From Promethearchaeota archaeon (GTDB lineage Archaea > Asgardarchaeota > Lokiarchaeia > Sigyniarchaeales > SOKP01): 64,000 nt of DNA. Below the pieces are notes generated by a model. That model had not been told where the DNA came from. It did not search any database and saw only the letters and a list, made by a program, of their open reading frames with translations. The stretch lies in contig JAHLWP010000006.1 in the NCBI GenBank assembly GCA_019057865.1, forward strand, positions 64,001-128,000, in the 5' to 3' direction. The translations under genes and the position numbers were made by a program. This document shows positions 1 through 10,469 of the stretch, piece after piece (positions within the stretch are counted from its first letter, which is position 1; every line of letters begins with the position of its first letter).

Positions 1-98
1 CCCATGAATCAATTCCTTGATAAAAGAAGTAAAAATAAACAAATAATTGCAATCACTTATTTTTTTGGATATTTCAAAAAAAGAGAACTTTTAAAAAT

Positions 99-581
99 TT
101 ATTCAGAAATTATCTCGAATACCATTTTCTCGATTATGGGCTTCTTTGTATAACGCTTATCGTAATACCATCCTACAAGATGTGCCTTTTGTTCTTTCTC
201 TGGAATGGGAGGGATGACAATTATCATTACACCGTTGGACAAGTATTTTAGGATTCTCTTGTCAATAGCATGTAGCTTGTCTGAACCGCTCGGATGACTA
301 TGGAATTGCCAGACAATGTCAACACCGAGTTCTTGTTTAAATTTCCGCATATTATAAATTTTGGATTTTTTATAACGCATCCAGCTCCTTGGTTTCACAT
401 GAACTTTTGATTTTCTTAGATCGGGATTCATAATAAATTTTGTGCAAATTCCGAAGTTTTCTTTACGCTCTGCGAACAACCACCCATGAACTATCATGGG
501 ATACTCATCTGCAGCTTTCTGGGCTATTTCCTTGAACAAACTCTCAGGTATTAAATAGCGAAAATCTTTTGCTCCACTCAT
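99..581 (-). CDS. MPN/JAB (JAMM-like) domain protein, atypical active site
   Basis: WQFHSHP..(x)..D motif present; the usual N-terminal Glu (P-x-E-x-C-G) reads P-M-I-V-H-G; GGTGA Shine-Dalgarno upstream. Confidence 0.75.
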   Translation of the reverse strand: MSGAKDFRYLIPESLFKEIAQKAADEYPMIVHGWLFAERKENFGICTKFIMNPDLRKSKVHVKPRSWMRYKKSKIYNMRKFKQELGVDIVWQFHSHPSGSDKLHAIDKRILKYLSNGVMIIVIPPIPEKEQKAHLVGWYYDKRYTKKPIIEKMVFEIISE

Positions 582-733
582 TTTATCACCATCTCAATTA
601 TGGGTCAATGAAGAATAGAATTTATATTTTTCTTTAAATACAAGAAGAAAATAAAAATAAAATAGAAAAAACAAAAAAAAATTTATTTTATTGAATACTC
701 TAGTTTAATACAAAAAATTTAATTCGTAATATG

Positions 734-835
734 GCACCTGTAGCCTAGTTGGTAAGACGCCGGCCTTGAGTATTTGAAGCATTCAAGTAAGCCGGTGCGC
801 GTAAGCGCTCGGGGGTTCGAGTCCCTCCAGGTGCG
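734..835 (+). tRNA. tRNA-Ser(TGA) with 19-nt intron at 37/38 (771-789)
   Basis: Acceptor GCACCTG/CAGGTGC; anticodon stem CCGGC/GCCGG; loop CT-TGA-G|A; long variable arm; TTCGAGT T-loop; BHB central helix CTTG/CAAG. Confidence 0.93.
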
Positions 836-855
836 CTCTTAATAATAAAAATCAT

Positions 856-957
856 GGGCTATTGGCGCAGGCAGGTAGCGCAACCGGCTCTTAAGCGGGA
901 ATTATAAGTTCTGCAGAAGAAACCGGCAGGTCGGGGGTTCAAATCCCTCATAGCCCG
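856..957 (+). tRNA. tRNA-Lys(CTT) with 28-nt intron at 37/38 (894-921)
   Basis: Acceptor GGGCTAT/ATAGCCC; body nearly identical to the intronless tRNA-Lys(TTT) at 61883; loop CT-CTT-A|A. Confidence 0.93.
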
Positions 958-996
958 TTTCTCCTTAAAAAATTCATAATAAATAGTTAGGATATA

Positions 997-1929
997 CTAC
1001 AAGAATTTAAAAACAACTTCAAAATCAGAAAAATCAAACGGTTTTAAAATATATCCATCCGCATTTCCTAAATTTTTCTCAACTTCAGATCCAGGAATAG
1101 CAGTTAAGAAATAAACAGGAATTTCTTTAAATTTTTTATCCTTTTTAATCATATCACAAATTTCATAGCCAGAAATATCAGGCAAGATTATGTCAAGCAA
1201 GATTACTTTAGGCGTACTTATCCTCAATTCCTCTATTCCCTTCGTTCCACTTACCACTCCTTTGCAAGTGAAGCCTTTGCTTTCAAAATAGCTGGTTAAC
1301 AGCCTGATTGTGGCTAAATCATCTTCAATTAATAGGAAATCATATTGAGTTTGAGCTTCCTCTACCTTAATCTTATCGAGAATGTTAATGATCTTATTTT
1401 CAAGAAGCAAACTTTGGTCAAATATGTTTTTAATAGTTGATAAGACTTCCTCATCTAAATCGTCTTTATAATTTTCAAGAAGTAGTTGACTAAATCCCTT
1501 AATACTTGTCAATGGTTCCTTTAATGCATGAGAAATATTAGCAATTGTTTTTTCATCCATTTTATGTATACCTGAGCTAATTATATTGGTTTTTTGCTCA
1601 ATAAAATGATCAACACTATCTCTAATTAGCTTCGAAATAGTAGTATAATTATGATCTCGTATAAATTCTTGCCATTTCTCTTTTGTATCCTCAGCTACAT
1701 ATAAAGAAATTCTCTCTTTATCTCTATCGTAAATTTTTTCACCTTTCAACCATTTTTTAAACCCTTCAGTTATTTTTTCTTGCCAAATTGCGTATTTACC
1801 TGTCTCATCTTCATATTTTTTCATCAATTTATTAGCTTTTTCACTTTTCAAATCAAGTTTGGCAACTTCTTCATCGGACATTATCTGTTTGCTATTATTT
1901 CCTTCCTCGTCCTTTGAAATATAACTCAT
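997..1929 (-). CDS. RHH-HisKA-REC regulator (no HATPase domain)
   Basis: RHH-like RISLYV..KEKW..TISKLIR; H-box ISHALKEPLTSIKG; receiver LIEDD/LLDIILPD/KPF. Confidence 0.85.
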   Translation of the reverse strand: MSYISKDEEGNNSKQIMSDEEVAKLDLKSEKANKLMKKYEDETGKYAIWQEKITEGFKKWLKGEKIYDRDKERISLYVAEDTKEKWQEFIRDHNYTTISKLIRDSVDHFIEQKTNIISSGIHKMDEKTIANISHALKEPLTSIKGFSQLLLENYKDDLDEEVLSTIKNIFDQSLLLENKIINILDKIKVEEAQTQYDFLLIEDDLATIRLLTSYFESKGFTCKGVVSGTKGIEELRISTPKVILLDIILPDISGYEICDMIKKDKKFKEIPVYFLTAIPGSEVEKNLGNADGYILKPFDFSDFEVVFKFL

Positions 1930-2187
1930 CTCTTAGTTGTATAATTTAATCTATTTAGAATTACAGGATTTTATTATCTATAATTACCAATGTATGGTTT
2001 ATGTGGTAAATTTTTTTTATAAAAATTATATTTAATAATATTTTCTTTATCATTTTTAGTAATTTTTTATCTCTTATTAAATCTTTTTGAATATAATGTT
2101 AATTTAATGTGATCAAAAAATTTTTAGATTATAGATTAGATTATAATGAATTAAACATTTAAAAAAGAAGGAATTCATTTAGAAATT

Positions 2188-3150
2188 TCAATTTTTCACT
2201 TTCTTATCGTTTAAAAGAGTAAATATTGGTTCAAAATCCGAGAAATTAAATGGTTTTAAAATGCATCCATTAGCCTTTCCTAAATTTTTTTCCACTTCAG
2301 ATGCAGCTATCGCGGTTAGGAAATAGACAGGAATATCTTTATATTCATTATCAGATTTAATTGTTTCACAAATTTTATATCCATCTAAATCTGGTAAAAT
2401 TATATCTAATAATATTAGTTTCGGAATTGTATTCCCCAATTCTTCCAATCCTTTAGAACCACTAACAACTCCCTTGCATCTGAAACCTCTGCTTTCAAAG
2501 ATCTGCTTTATTAACTGAATAGTAGAACGGTCATCTTCAATTAATAACACATCATATTCTGTTTCTACTTTAATATTATCTAGAAAGCTAATAATCTTAT
2601 TTTCAAGAAGTATACTCTGGTTAAAAATATTTTTTACAGTATCTAATATCTGATCATTCAATTTATCCTTATAATTCTCAAGAAGTAATTGTGAATATCC
2701 TTTTATTGATGTTAGCGGCTCTTTTAATGCGTGTGAAATGTTAGCAACTCTAATAGGACTAATTTTAAATAAATCGGTTTCATACTGATCCTTCTTGGAT
2801 TCTATAAAGAATTCTACAGCTTTCCTTATCAATTTAGATATTGTAGGTGTCTCATTATTCTTTATATATTTTAACCATTTTTCTTTTGTATCCTCCGTTA
2901 CATATAACGAAATTCGCTCCTTATCTCGTAGATAGATTTTATCTCCTTTTAACCACTTCTTGAATCCTTCTGTTACAAGTCCCCGCCAAACAGCATATTT
3001 CCCTGTGTCTTTTTCATATTGGTTCATTAATTCTTTGATTTTATCACTATTTAAATCTATAACTTCCTCATTTATCTTGTCATTTTCCTTAGAAATACTA
3101 TGATTTTGACTTTCCGCTGCTTTCCGTGTATCTTTCTCCTTGTTATTAAT
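2188..3150 (-). CDS. RHH-HisKA-REC regulator, tandem paralog; start probably upstream of ATG 3027 (possible ATT at 3150)
   Basis: Highly similar to 997-1929; frame open to 3162; upstream DLNSDKIKELM aligns with paralog DLKSEKANKLM; GGTGA lies 7 nt before ATT. Confidence 0.8.
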   Translation of the reverse strand: MNNKEKDTRKAAESQNHSISKENDKINEEVIDLNSDKIKELMNQYEKDTGKYAVWRGLVTEGFKKWLKGDKIYLRDKERISLYVTEDTKEKWLKYIKNNETPTISKLIRKAVEFFIESKKDQYETDLFKISPIRVANISHALKEPLTSIKGYSQLLLENYKDKLNDQILDTVKNIFNQSILLENKIISFLDNIKVETEYDVLLIEDDRSTIQLIKQIFESRGFRCKGVVSGSKGLEELGNTIPKLILLDIILPDLDGYKICETIKSDNEYKDIPVYFLTAIAASEVEKNLGKANGCILKPFNFSDFEPIFTLLNDKKVKN

Positions 3151-3376
3151 TAATAACTCACCCTAAAAAAAGATGTAAATATTTTTATTACCACAAGTGA
3201 TTTTTTTTTAAACAACTTTATAATAAAAATCGCCTTTTTTAAGTTTTTACACAAACAAAATAGTTAGAGATAATATCATAAAATAAGGTTTTTCTAAAGT
3301 TCAACTTATATTAAAAAAGAGTTTTGAAATAAAGTTTAAAGAAATATGAAGTTAGAAACTAATTGCGGTATTCCAT

Positions 3377-3535
3377 TTAATCTTCTTCTAATCTACTTCC
3401 ACAATGAGAACAAAATTTTGAATCTAGTGTTAGTTATTCTTTCCCACATATAGGACAAAAGCGAGAAATTGCTAATTCTTCTTGAGGTTGAGTTTTTACC
3501 TTCTTTTGAGCCATTTCTTTCCTTATCTGCTTCAT
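3377..3535 (-). pseudogene. Zinc-ribbon protein with in-frame TAA (3434-3436)
   Basis: MKQIRKE...FCPICGKE*LTLDSKFCSHCGSRLEED; both CxxCG knuckles lie in one frame across the stop. Confidence 0.65.
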
Positions 3536-4122
3536 TTCCTATGTCTAAATTTTTTATTTTTTCTTCATCCATATTATTCTAGATTGTTGTATTTCTTTTT
3601 AGAAAAAATACTCTTTTTCATTTAGCAAGATTTCTTATCGCCGCTTATTATAAAATATTGTGTCTGGATATATAAACACTACTATATTTGTTATCAAAAA
3701 ATTATAATTTGCACATATTATATTTGTTTTTATAAAAAATTGTCTAGTGATCTATGATTTTATGTCGGGAATTGAAATATAGTTCTCGAAATTTTCATGA
3801 AAACTATGATGTAGGTAATATTCTATTTTTAAAATATTTGTATCTAAAATAAATTATAAAATTTACCCTAAAAAAATGATTTTAAGGCATTATGGATAAA
3901 AAATTTTTGTGTGTTATCAATACCAAAAAAAATTTTATAACAAAACATTTAAATACTAGAAAAGTAAATTATATTATATATTTGGACACAAAAAGTTTTT
4001 TATTGTGTGCCAAAAATTTCAGTCAGTCTCTTGTGTGTGTAGGAAATATTAATCTCGTAATAAAAAATAACAACAAATTATTAATGTATTTTATCTAATA
4101 ATTAGGGTTAAGGTAAGAGTTT

Positions 4123-5013
4123 ATGGTTGTAGAAATAAAACCTCAGGCGAGTTTTTGCCCAGAGTGTGGGGGTGGTACGATCTCAGTCCATCAGAGAGGG
4201 GAGATAGTATGTCAGCAATGCGGCTTGGTTATAGCAGAAAAAGAAGTAGATATTTCCCATAGCGGAATAAGGGCGTATTCTAAACAAGAAAAAGATAAGA
4301 AAGAAAGAACTGGATGTCCAATTTCGATTTTGATGCCAGACATAGGGTTAAGTACGATTATCGATCGATCAAAAATTAAGAATCCAGATTTAAGGCGAGC
4401 AGCAAAGTGGAATACGCACTTATCATGGGAAAAGCGGAATATGCTTATTGCGATAACTGAGTTAAAAAGAATTGGTGGGAATTTAAATTTTCCAGAGCGT
4501 GTAAAAAAAGCAGCCGTTCGGTTGTATAAGGAAGTATTTAAGAAAAATTTATTGCGTGGGCGGTCTATTAATGGGATGATCGCGGCATGTGCATATTTTG
4601 TGTGTAAACAAGAAAGGGTTCCGATAACTCTTCAAGAAATCTTAGATGAGGCATCTATAAATGATAATATTGTGAAGAAATGCTATAAAATTTTAGTAAG
4701 AGAATTAAACTTAAAATCTCCTCATGTTGATCCAGTTTCGCTTATTCCAAGGTATTGTGCCGACTTAGGGTTAGACATCAATATAGAAAAGGAAGCAATT
4801 AAAATTTTGAGGAATTTTATTGAGAGGACCTCGATTTGCGGTAAAGATCCGAAAGGTTTATGCGCTGGAGCGATATATTTGGTTGCCAAACTTAAAAATC
4901 ATAAGGTTAGTCAGAAGGATATTTCAAAAATTATCTGTGTTACAGAAGTAACATTACGTTCAAGGTATAAAGAGCTTTTAAAAAATATTAGTTTTACTTT
5001 TCAGGCATCCTAA
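4123..5013 (+). CDS. tfb: Transcription initiation factor IIB
   Basis: Zn ribbon CPECG..CQQCG; cyclin repeats RGRS and GKDPKG; VTEVTLRSRYKEL. Confidence 0.97.
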   Translation: MVVEIKPQASFCPECGGGTISVHQRGEIVCQQCGLVIAEKEVDISHSGIRAYSKQEKDKKERTGCPISILMPDIGLSTIIDRSKIKNPDLRRAAKWNTHLSWEKRNMLIAITELKRIGGNLNFPERVKKAAVRLYKEVFKKNLLRGRSINGMIAACAYFVCKQERVPITLQEILDEASINDNIVKKCYKILVRELNLKSPHVDPVSLIPRYCADLGLDINIEKEAIKILRNFIERTSICGKDPKGLCAGAIYLVAKLKNHKVSQKDISKIICVTEVTLRSRYKELLKNISFTFQAS

Positions 5014-5029
5014 TTTATTTTTTCTTAGG

Positions 5030-6124
5030 TTAGATTTCTTCAGAATGCTCTAAAAACCAATTATTTGAATGTTGATAAAATATTTTATAAGCTTCACAAA
5101 AATAGGTTTTTCCAGGGTGAGGATTATCTGGAAAGATTCTATCCTTAATGCAACCTCCATAGCATAATTCCAGCCAGTTACAACTAAGGCAATCTTTGCC
5201 TAGTTTTACTTTAAGCTTTTTGAATGAGTTATCTCTCTTATTTTTTAGATTGCTTAAGTTCTCTTCGAGTATGTTTCCGAGTTTATATGTTTGTTGTACG
5301 AAGAAATCACAGGGATAAACATCTCCATTCCATTCAATTAATAGGTATTCCGCACATTCTTTTTCAATGGTACAGCACCCTTTAGGATGGCCGTGATAAT
5401 ATGCGAGTATACCATTGAACGTTCTTATTGATGCTTGATTAGGATTTTTTTTCCATTTGTCAAAGAGTTGGCATAGAAATTTTCCATATTGAGTTGGATT
5501 TATTGAAAATGATGCCTTTTTTCCATCATCGTCTGCTTCAAGAGCTGGAATAAATTGTAAGTAAGTAAAATCATTATCGAGAAAAAAGTTATAAACTTCT
5601 TTTACCCGATTTATATTAGCTTTACTAATCACACAAAGAATATTGAATTCAACTTTATTTCGTTTAAGGCATTCAGCAGCATTTATTACTTTTTGCCAAA
5701 CAGATTTACCACCAATACTCTTTCTATAGCGATCATGAATATCTTTAGGACCATCAAGACTCAGCCCTATTAAAAAGCGGAAATTATGGAAAAATGTTCC
5801 CCATTCATCGTTGATAAGGATTCCATTAGTTTGAAATGCATTTCCAATAATTTGACCTGTTTTTCCATATTTTTGTTGGAGTGATACTACTTTCTTAAAA
5901 AATTCAAGTCCTGCTAATGTTGGTTCACCACCTTGCCATCCAAATATTGATTCATTAAAGCGAAATTGTAAAAATTGAGCTATCATATGTTCTAATACTT
6001 CATTGCTCATTCGAGGATGATTAATTTTAGGGTATTCATCTGCTACCCTTAAATAGAAGCAATAATTACATCTTAAATTACAATCAAAGGATACAGGTTT
6101 TATAAGTAATTGAAATGGCTTCAC
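5030..6124 (-). CDS. Anaerobic sulfatase maturase (radical SAM/SPASM)
   Basis: KP..CNLRCNYCFY; WQGGEPTL; NGDVYPCDF; SPASM cysteines. Confidence 0.92.
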   Translation of the reverse strand: MKPFQLLIKPVSFDCNLRCNYCFYLRVADEYPKINHPRMSNEVLEHMIAQFLQFRFNESIFGWQGGEPTLAGLEFFKKVVSLQQKYGKTGQIIGNAFQTNGILINDEWGTFFHNFRFLIGLSLDGPKDIHDRYRKSIGGKSVWQKVINAAECLKRNKVEFNILCVISKANINRVKEVYNFFLDNDFTYLQFIPALEADDDGKKASFSINPTQYGKFLCQLFDKWKKNPNQASIRTFNGILAYYHGHPKGCCTIEKECAEYLLIEWNGDVYPCDFFVQQTYKLGNILEENLSNLKNKRDNSFKKLKVKLGKDCLSCNWLELCYGGCIKDRIFPDNPHPGKTYFCEAYKIFYQHSNNWFLEHSEEI

Positions 6125-6205
6125 TTTGATATAATAAAATTAGGGGATAAAAATAATTTAACTTTTTATAAAAAAGTATTAAATAATCAGAATGTAAAGG
6201 TTAAT

Positions 6206-6934
6206 TTAGTTTTGATGACCTGTTCGACGTGCTGCAATCTGCCCAACCTTTCTTCCGGGAGGGGCATTCCGTGAAGTAGTAGTAGGTTTGTGGGGAGATT
6301 GCTTAGCACCTCCGCCATATGGGTGAGATACTGCATTCATGGCGACTCCTCTAACTACTGGCCATTTTATAGCTTTTGATCTTTTATAGTGAAATTTATT
6401 TCCTGCTTTGAGGAAGGGTTTGTCTGTACGACCTCCACCAGCAACTACACCAACGGTAGCTAAGCATGTCTCATTAATCCATTTGGTTTTCTTTGAACGA
6501 AAAAGCACTTCAACTTTATTGCCAGATTTATTTCTTACTGTCGCCCCAACACCAGAAGCTCTCGCGAATTTTCCACCATCTTGGGGTGTTGATTCAATAT
6601 TAAATACTAATGTTCCTAAGGGCATCTTTTTTAGGGGCAAAATATTTCCAACTTCAACTACTTGACCATATCCAGTTTTAGATTGAATAAATTCTTCTCC
6701 TTTATATACTCCTTCCGGAGGAAGCCACAGTCTTTTTTCACCATCATCAAACTGGATTCGTGCTACTGGAGCTCCTCTTCCTGGGGAATGAATAAGTTCT
6801 AATACTTTAAATTTGAATGATTTCTCCTTTTGTTTGAAGGGACGATATTTAACTTGTCCTACATGTCTATGACTTGGGGATCGTGCCCATAGATTTCCTT
6901 GACCTTTTCTTTGTGCTAATATTCGTTTTCCCAT
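6206..6934 (-). CDS. rpl2: 50S ribosomal protein uL2
   Basis: MGKRILAQRKG; VRGVAMNAVSHPYGGG; PPGRKVG. Confidence 0.98.
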   Translation of the reverse strand: MGKRILAQRKGQGNLWARSPSHRHVGQVKYRPFKQKEKSFKFKVLELIHSPGRGAPVARIQFDDGEKRLWLPPEGVYKGEEFIQSKTGYGQVVEVGNILPLKKMPLGTLVFNIESTPQDGGKFARASGVGATVRNKSGNKVEVLFRSKKTKWINETCLATVGVVAGGGRTDKPFLKAGNKFHYKRSKAIKWPVVRGVAMNAVSHPYGGGAKQSPHKPTTTSRNAPPGRKVGQIAARRTGHQN

Positions 6935-7037
6935 TTAGTTCACGCAATTTTCTAGATACTTTTTTTAATTAATTAAACTATAAATTTTTTGTTATTTTCC
7001 TTGGTATTTATTCAATCTTCCTAATAATTTTAGTATT

Positions 7038-8396
7038 TTATAATTTCTTATTTTTTAATAATTCATCTATGTTATAATTGAAAGCAATAGGTAATTCTCG
7101 TTCTATGAATTCACCAGCGATATTTGTATACAACAATTCTTTGATTTCTTCAGGGTTGCTTGTTTGTCCTAATACCCATCCGAGTTTAACATATCCAACT
7201 TCTGGTAATAAGTTTCTACCAGGGATAACACCTATATTTTGCAATTCTCTTCCAGTTGAATAGACATTCATTCCTACAAATCCATGTAGTGTCTGCGTTG
7301 TCATAAGAATGGTTATGCCCTCTTGGATCGCCCTTTTTATTGAATCATAAATAATTGTACCTGCGTGGCCAAGTCCTGTTCCTGCGAGTACAATCCCTTT
7401 ATATCCTTTATCTATATAGAATTCTATTTGTTCGTTTTCTATTCCAGGATAAGAATAGATTAAGGCAACTTTTTTCTCAAAATTAATAAGAGCTTTTGTT
7501 TCAGATTGACTTCTTTTTTTATAATTATCTTTAAACATTTTAATTTTCCTATTTTTAACCATTCCTAAAGGGATATCATCTATTGTTCGAAAAGTATTTC
7601 TATAAGAAGAATGCATTTTTCTAACAAGGGTTCCTCTATGGATCAATCCATAATCATGTGAAGTAGATCCTAACATTGTAACAACAACTTCCGCAATATC
7701 AGAAATTGCCACAGTTGCAGCATTTATAAGATTTAGAGCCGCATCTGAAGAAGGTCTATCTGAGCTTCTTTGGCTACCAACCAAAACTACGGGGATAGAT
7801 AAATCTTTTAGCATGAAAGATAGTGCTGCTGAAGTAAAACTCATTGTATCGGTTCCATGTCCGATTATAATTCCATCTATACCAGAATTAGCGGCATCTT
7901 TAACCTTTCCTGCTAATTTTTGCCAATATTCTGCTTTCATATTCTCTGATAAGATCTCGAACACTAATTCACATTCAAGATTACAAATTTCTGCCAATTC
8001 TGGAACAGCACTAAATAATTCACTAGGTGTAAAAGAAGGGATAACAGCTCCAGTCGTGTAATCTAAGCGTGAAGCAACAGTTCCTCCAGTTCCTAATAAT
8101 TTTAAATTTGGTAAATCTTTGTTTTTTGGAAAACTTTTTTCTGGGATTTTATACTTTGCTTCTCTTTTTCCAATTTTTTTGATATCTTGTATATCAGAGA
8201 TATTAATCCCAACGTTATAATTATTCTCTAGCTTGATTTCAATATAATCAAGAGAAGCATATTCACTGCGAGGTAGTAAAATTCCTTCTAAAGTTGTTTT
8301 ATCAGTTTTTACTTGAATAATATCCCATATTTCAATTTTGAAATTTGTTAATAATTCTCTTGCTTTCTCTTTATAACCTTTTAACTTATCATCCAT
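7038..8396 (-). CDS. gatD: Glu-tRNA(Gln) amidotransferase subunit D
   Basis: TGGTVASRLDY; HGTDTM; SQRSSDRPSSD; adjacent to gatE. Confidence 0.97.
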   Translation of the reverse strand: MDDKLKGYKEKARELLTNFKIEIWDIIQVKTDKTTLEGILLPRSEYASLDYIEIKLENNYNVGINISDIQDIKKIGKREAKYKIPEKSFPKNKDLPNLKLLGTGGTVASRLDYTTGAVIPSFTPSELFSAVPELAEICNLECELVFEILSENMKAEYWQKLAGKVKDAANSGIDGIIIGHGTDTMSFTSAALSFMLKDLSIPVVLVGSQRSSDRPSSDAALNLINAATVAISDIAEVVVTMLGSTSHDYGLIHRGTLVRKMHSSYRNTFRTIDDIPLGMVKNRKIKMFKDNYKKRSQSETKALINFEKKVALIYSYPGIENEQIEFYIDKGYKGIVLAGTGLGHAGTIIYDSIKRAIQEGITILMTTQTLHGFVGMNVYSTGRELQNIGVIPGRNLLPEVGYVKLGWVLGQTSNPEEIKELLYTNIAGEFIERELPIAFNYNIDELLKNKKL

Positions 8397-8399
8397 TTA

Positions 8400-10316
8400 T
8401 TACATCTCCTCTAATTTTTTTGTTATAGAGTTTTTTAATTCCTTAGAAACTATCGCTCCATCTATTTTACCTCTAACTTTTTTCATGACTTCTCCCATTA
8501 GAGGTCCTATTGCTCTCATTTCTCTTTTTTTTAATAAATCTATATTTTTATTTACAATCTCTTCAATGACTTTCTTCAAGTCATCGATAGAAATACTTTC
8601 AATGCTTAATTTTTCTTTAACCTGTTCAATAGTAAGATCTGGAAAATCTGCCTTTATAATCATTATGTCTTCAATTGCTTCTTTTCCAATTCGTTTATTT
8701 TTTAGATCTTTAAAAATTTCTTTATAATCTACATCAGTGATATTTTCTACTTCTTTACCGTCTCGTCTAAGTGCCGTTGTTGTTTCTAATAATGTTGTTA
8801 AAATTATTAAAGGATTATCTGGAAATATTTCAATCAATTTATTGAAAAGAGATAATTTCCCATTAAAGATTAGATCTTTTATCATGCGATCTTCTACTTC
8901 ATATTTTTTTGAATATTCTTTAATAGTTACCCATGGATACTTAGGAAGATTTTTTCTAATTTTATCGATTTCTTTTTCTGTATTTATTATAGCTGGTGAA
9001 TCTGTGTCAGGATATAACCGTGCTCCACCATGTAATTCCCTTAAAAATTCTGTATTTCCATTTTCAAGAGCTCTTCGTGTCTCAGGGGGTACTCCTTTGA
9101 ATGCATATTTTACTCGATTTATTATAACATCCATAGCTTTCTCAATTTCTTGTTTAGAGCCTAATAAAAGTACAAAGCAATCATTTTCTTCAATTTTCAA
9201 CCTTTTTTTAATATTTTTGATACTCTCTTCAGAGAATTTGTAATTTTTCAAATCTTCATCTGAATGAATTAGTCCTTTTAAGCCTGCTATAGATTTTACC
9301 TTACTACTTACTTCTGTTCCAAATCTATAATCTTCCATTAATTCTTTTCCAAAAATTCCTTTAAATCCTTTAAAGTTAATACCAAATAATTTCTTCCCAG
9401 ATTTTATGCCCTTAACTATAAAATTCGATTTCGAATCCCCCATTATTTTAGTTAAATCAACAAGCTTTTCAGATACATCTTTTTCAGTTAAATTTCTATT
9501 TGCTAATTCTTCTTTTATTTCCAATAATTTAATTTGACGAGAGATTTCATGATTAATCAAGAGAGGGATCCAACCTAATTTTTGTACTCCTTTTATTTCA
9601 ATCCGGGTTCCTGCTTTAATACTTACATTGATATCTTGTCTAATAGAGCCAAGTACTTTTTTTACATTGGTTGACCATAATAATAATCCAATTCGTTCAG
9701 CACATTCTCTACATTCATAAGGATTGTTTATATCTGGTTTAGTTGTAACTTCTACCAGCGGAATTCCTAAACGATCTAATCTAAAATAGTTATTTTTATT
9801 TTCAGTTTTCATTTTTCTTGCTGCTTCTTCTTCCAAACTTAAGATATCTATTCTAATTTTTTTACCATTTTCAAGATGTATAAATCCATCAGTCCCAAGT
9901 ATCATAGTACGTTGAAAGCCGCAAGGAACACTACCATCTAAATAATTTTTTCGGCATACGTGCATCTCTTCAATAATATTCGCATTAAGAAGTAAGGCAA
10001 GTTGTAATGCAATGCTTTTTGCTTCTTCATTACAAAAAAATGGTGGAGTTTCATCAAGCTCATAAGTACATATTACATCATCATAACCTTCATATATGAT
10101 ACCCATACCTTTTTCATATTCAGTTAACATCGCCTTATCGTAAACTCCCATCTCCCCCAATACGGGTCTCTGTGTTCGTGCTATTGTAAAATCAGGTTCT
10201 CTCGTGCCTTGAAGTTCAGCAGGGCATCGACAAAATAGTTTTGTTTTTGTATCTAGTTGTTGATGAATTTCTAAACCACAGATGAGCCCTAATTTTTCAT
10301 AATTAAACTCTTGCAT
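8400..10316 (-). CDS. gatE: Glu-tRNA(Gln) amidotransferase subunit E
   Basis: GLEIHQQL; LDRLGIPLVE; RQDINVSI; ARLYPDTD. Confidence 0.97.
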   Translation of the reverse strand: MQEFNYEKLGLICGLEIHQQLDTKTKLFCRCPAELQGTREPDFTIARTQRPVLGEMGVYDKAMLTEYEKGMGIIYEGYDDVICTYELDETPPFFCNEEAKSIALQLALLLNANIIEEMHVCRKNYLDGSVPCGFQRTMILGTDGFIHLENGKKIRIDILSLEEEAARKMKTENKNNYFRLDRLGIPLVEVTTKPDINNPYECRECAERIGLLLWSTNVKKVLGSIRQDINVSIKAGTRIEIKGVQKLGWIPLLINHEISRQIKLLEIKEELANRNLTEKDVSEKLVDLTKIMGDSKSNFIVKGIKSGKKLFGINFKGFKGIFGKELMEDYRFGTEVSSKVKSIAGLKGLIHSDEDLKNYKFSEESIKNIKKRLKIEENDCFVLLLGSKQEIEKAMDVIINRVKYAFKGVPPETRRALENGNTEFLRELHGGARLYPDTDSPAIINTEKEIDKIRKNLPKYPWVTIKEYSKKYEVEDRMIKDLIFNGKLSLFNKLIEIFPDNPLIILTTLLETTTALRRDGKEVENITDVDYKEIFKDLKNKRIGKEAIEDIMIIKADFPDLTIEQVKEKLSIESISIDDLKKVIEEIVNKNIDLLKKREMRAIGPLMGEVMKKVRGKIDGAIVSKELKNSITKKLEEM

Positions 10317-10469
10317 ATTAATTCAAATTTTCTTTATTAAAATTATTGCTATAAGGAAATTATTTTATTACAGAATTTTAATGTAATGTATTTTAAATAC
10401 AATATCTATTCAATTAATAAGATTTAAAATTATTATCAAAATTAAATTAAATCTTAAGGATTTTATTTA

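Noticed and set aside
734-835. tRNA-Sec
   Set aside because: Anticodon is TGA (Ser), not TCA, and the acceptor stem is the normal 7 bp.
3136-3161. Third mRNA intron after GTG AGT TAT TAA in the RHH-HisKA-REC paralog
   Set aside because: A hairpin exists, but no pairing 4-nt central helix can be built for a frame-restoring excision.
3892-4098. 68-aa ORF upstream of tfb
   Set aside because: AT-rich promoter region with no recognisable motif; likely spurious.
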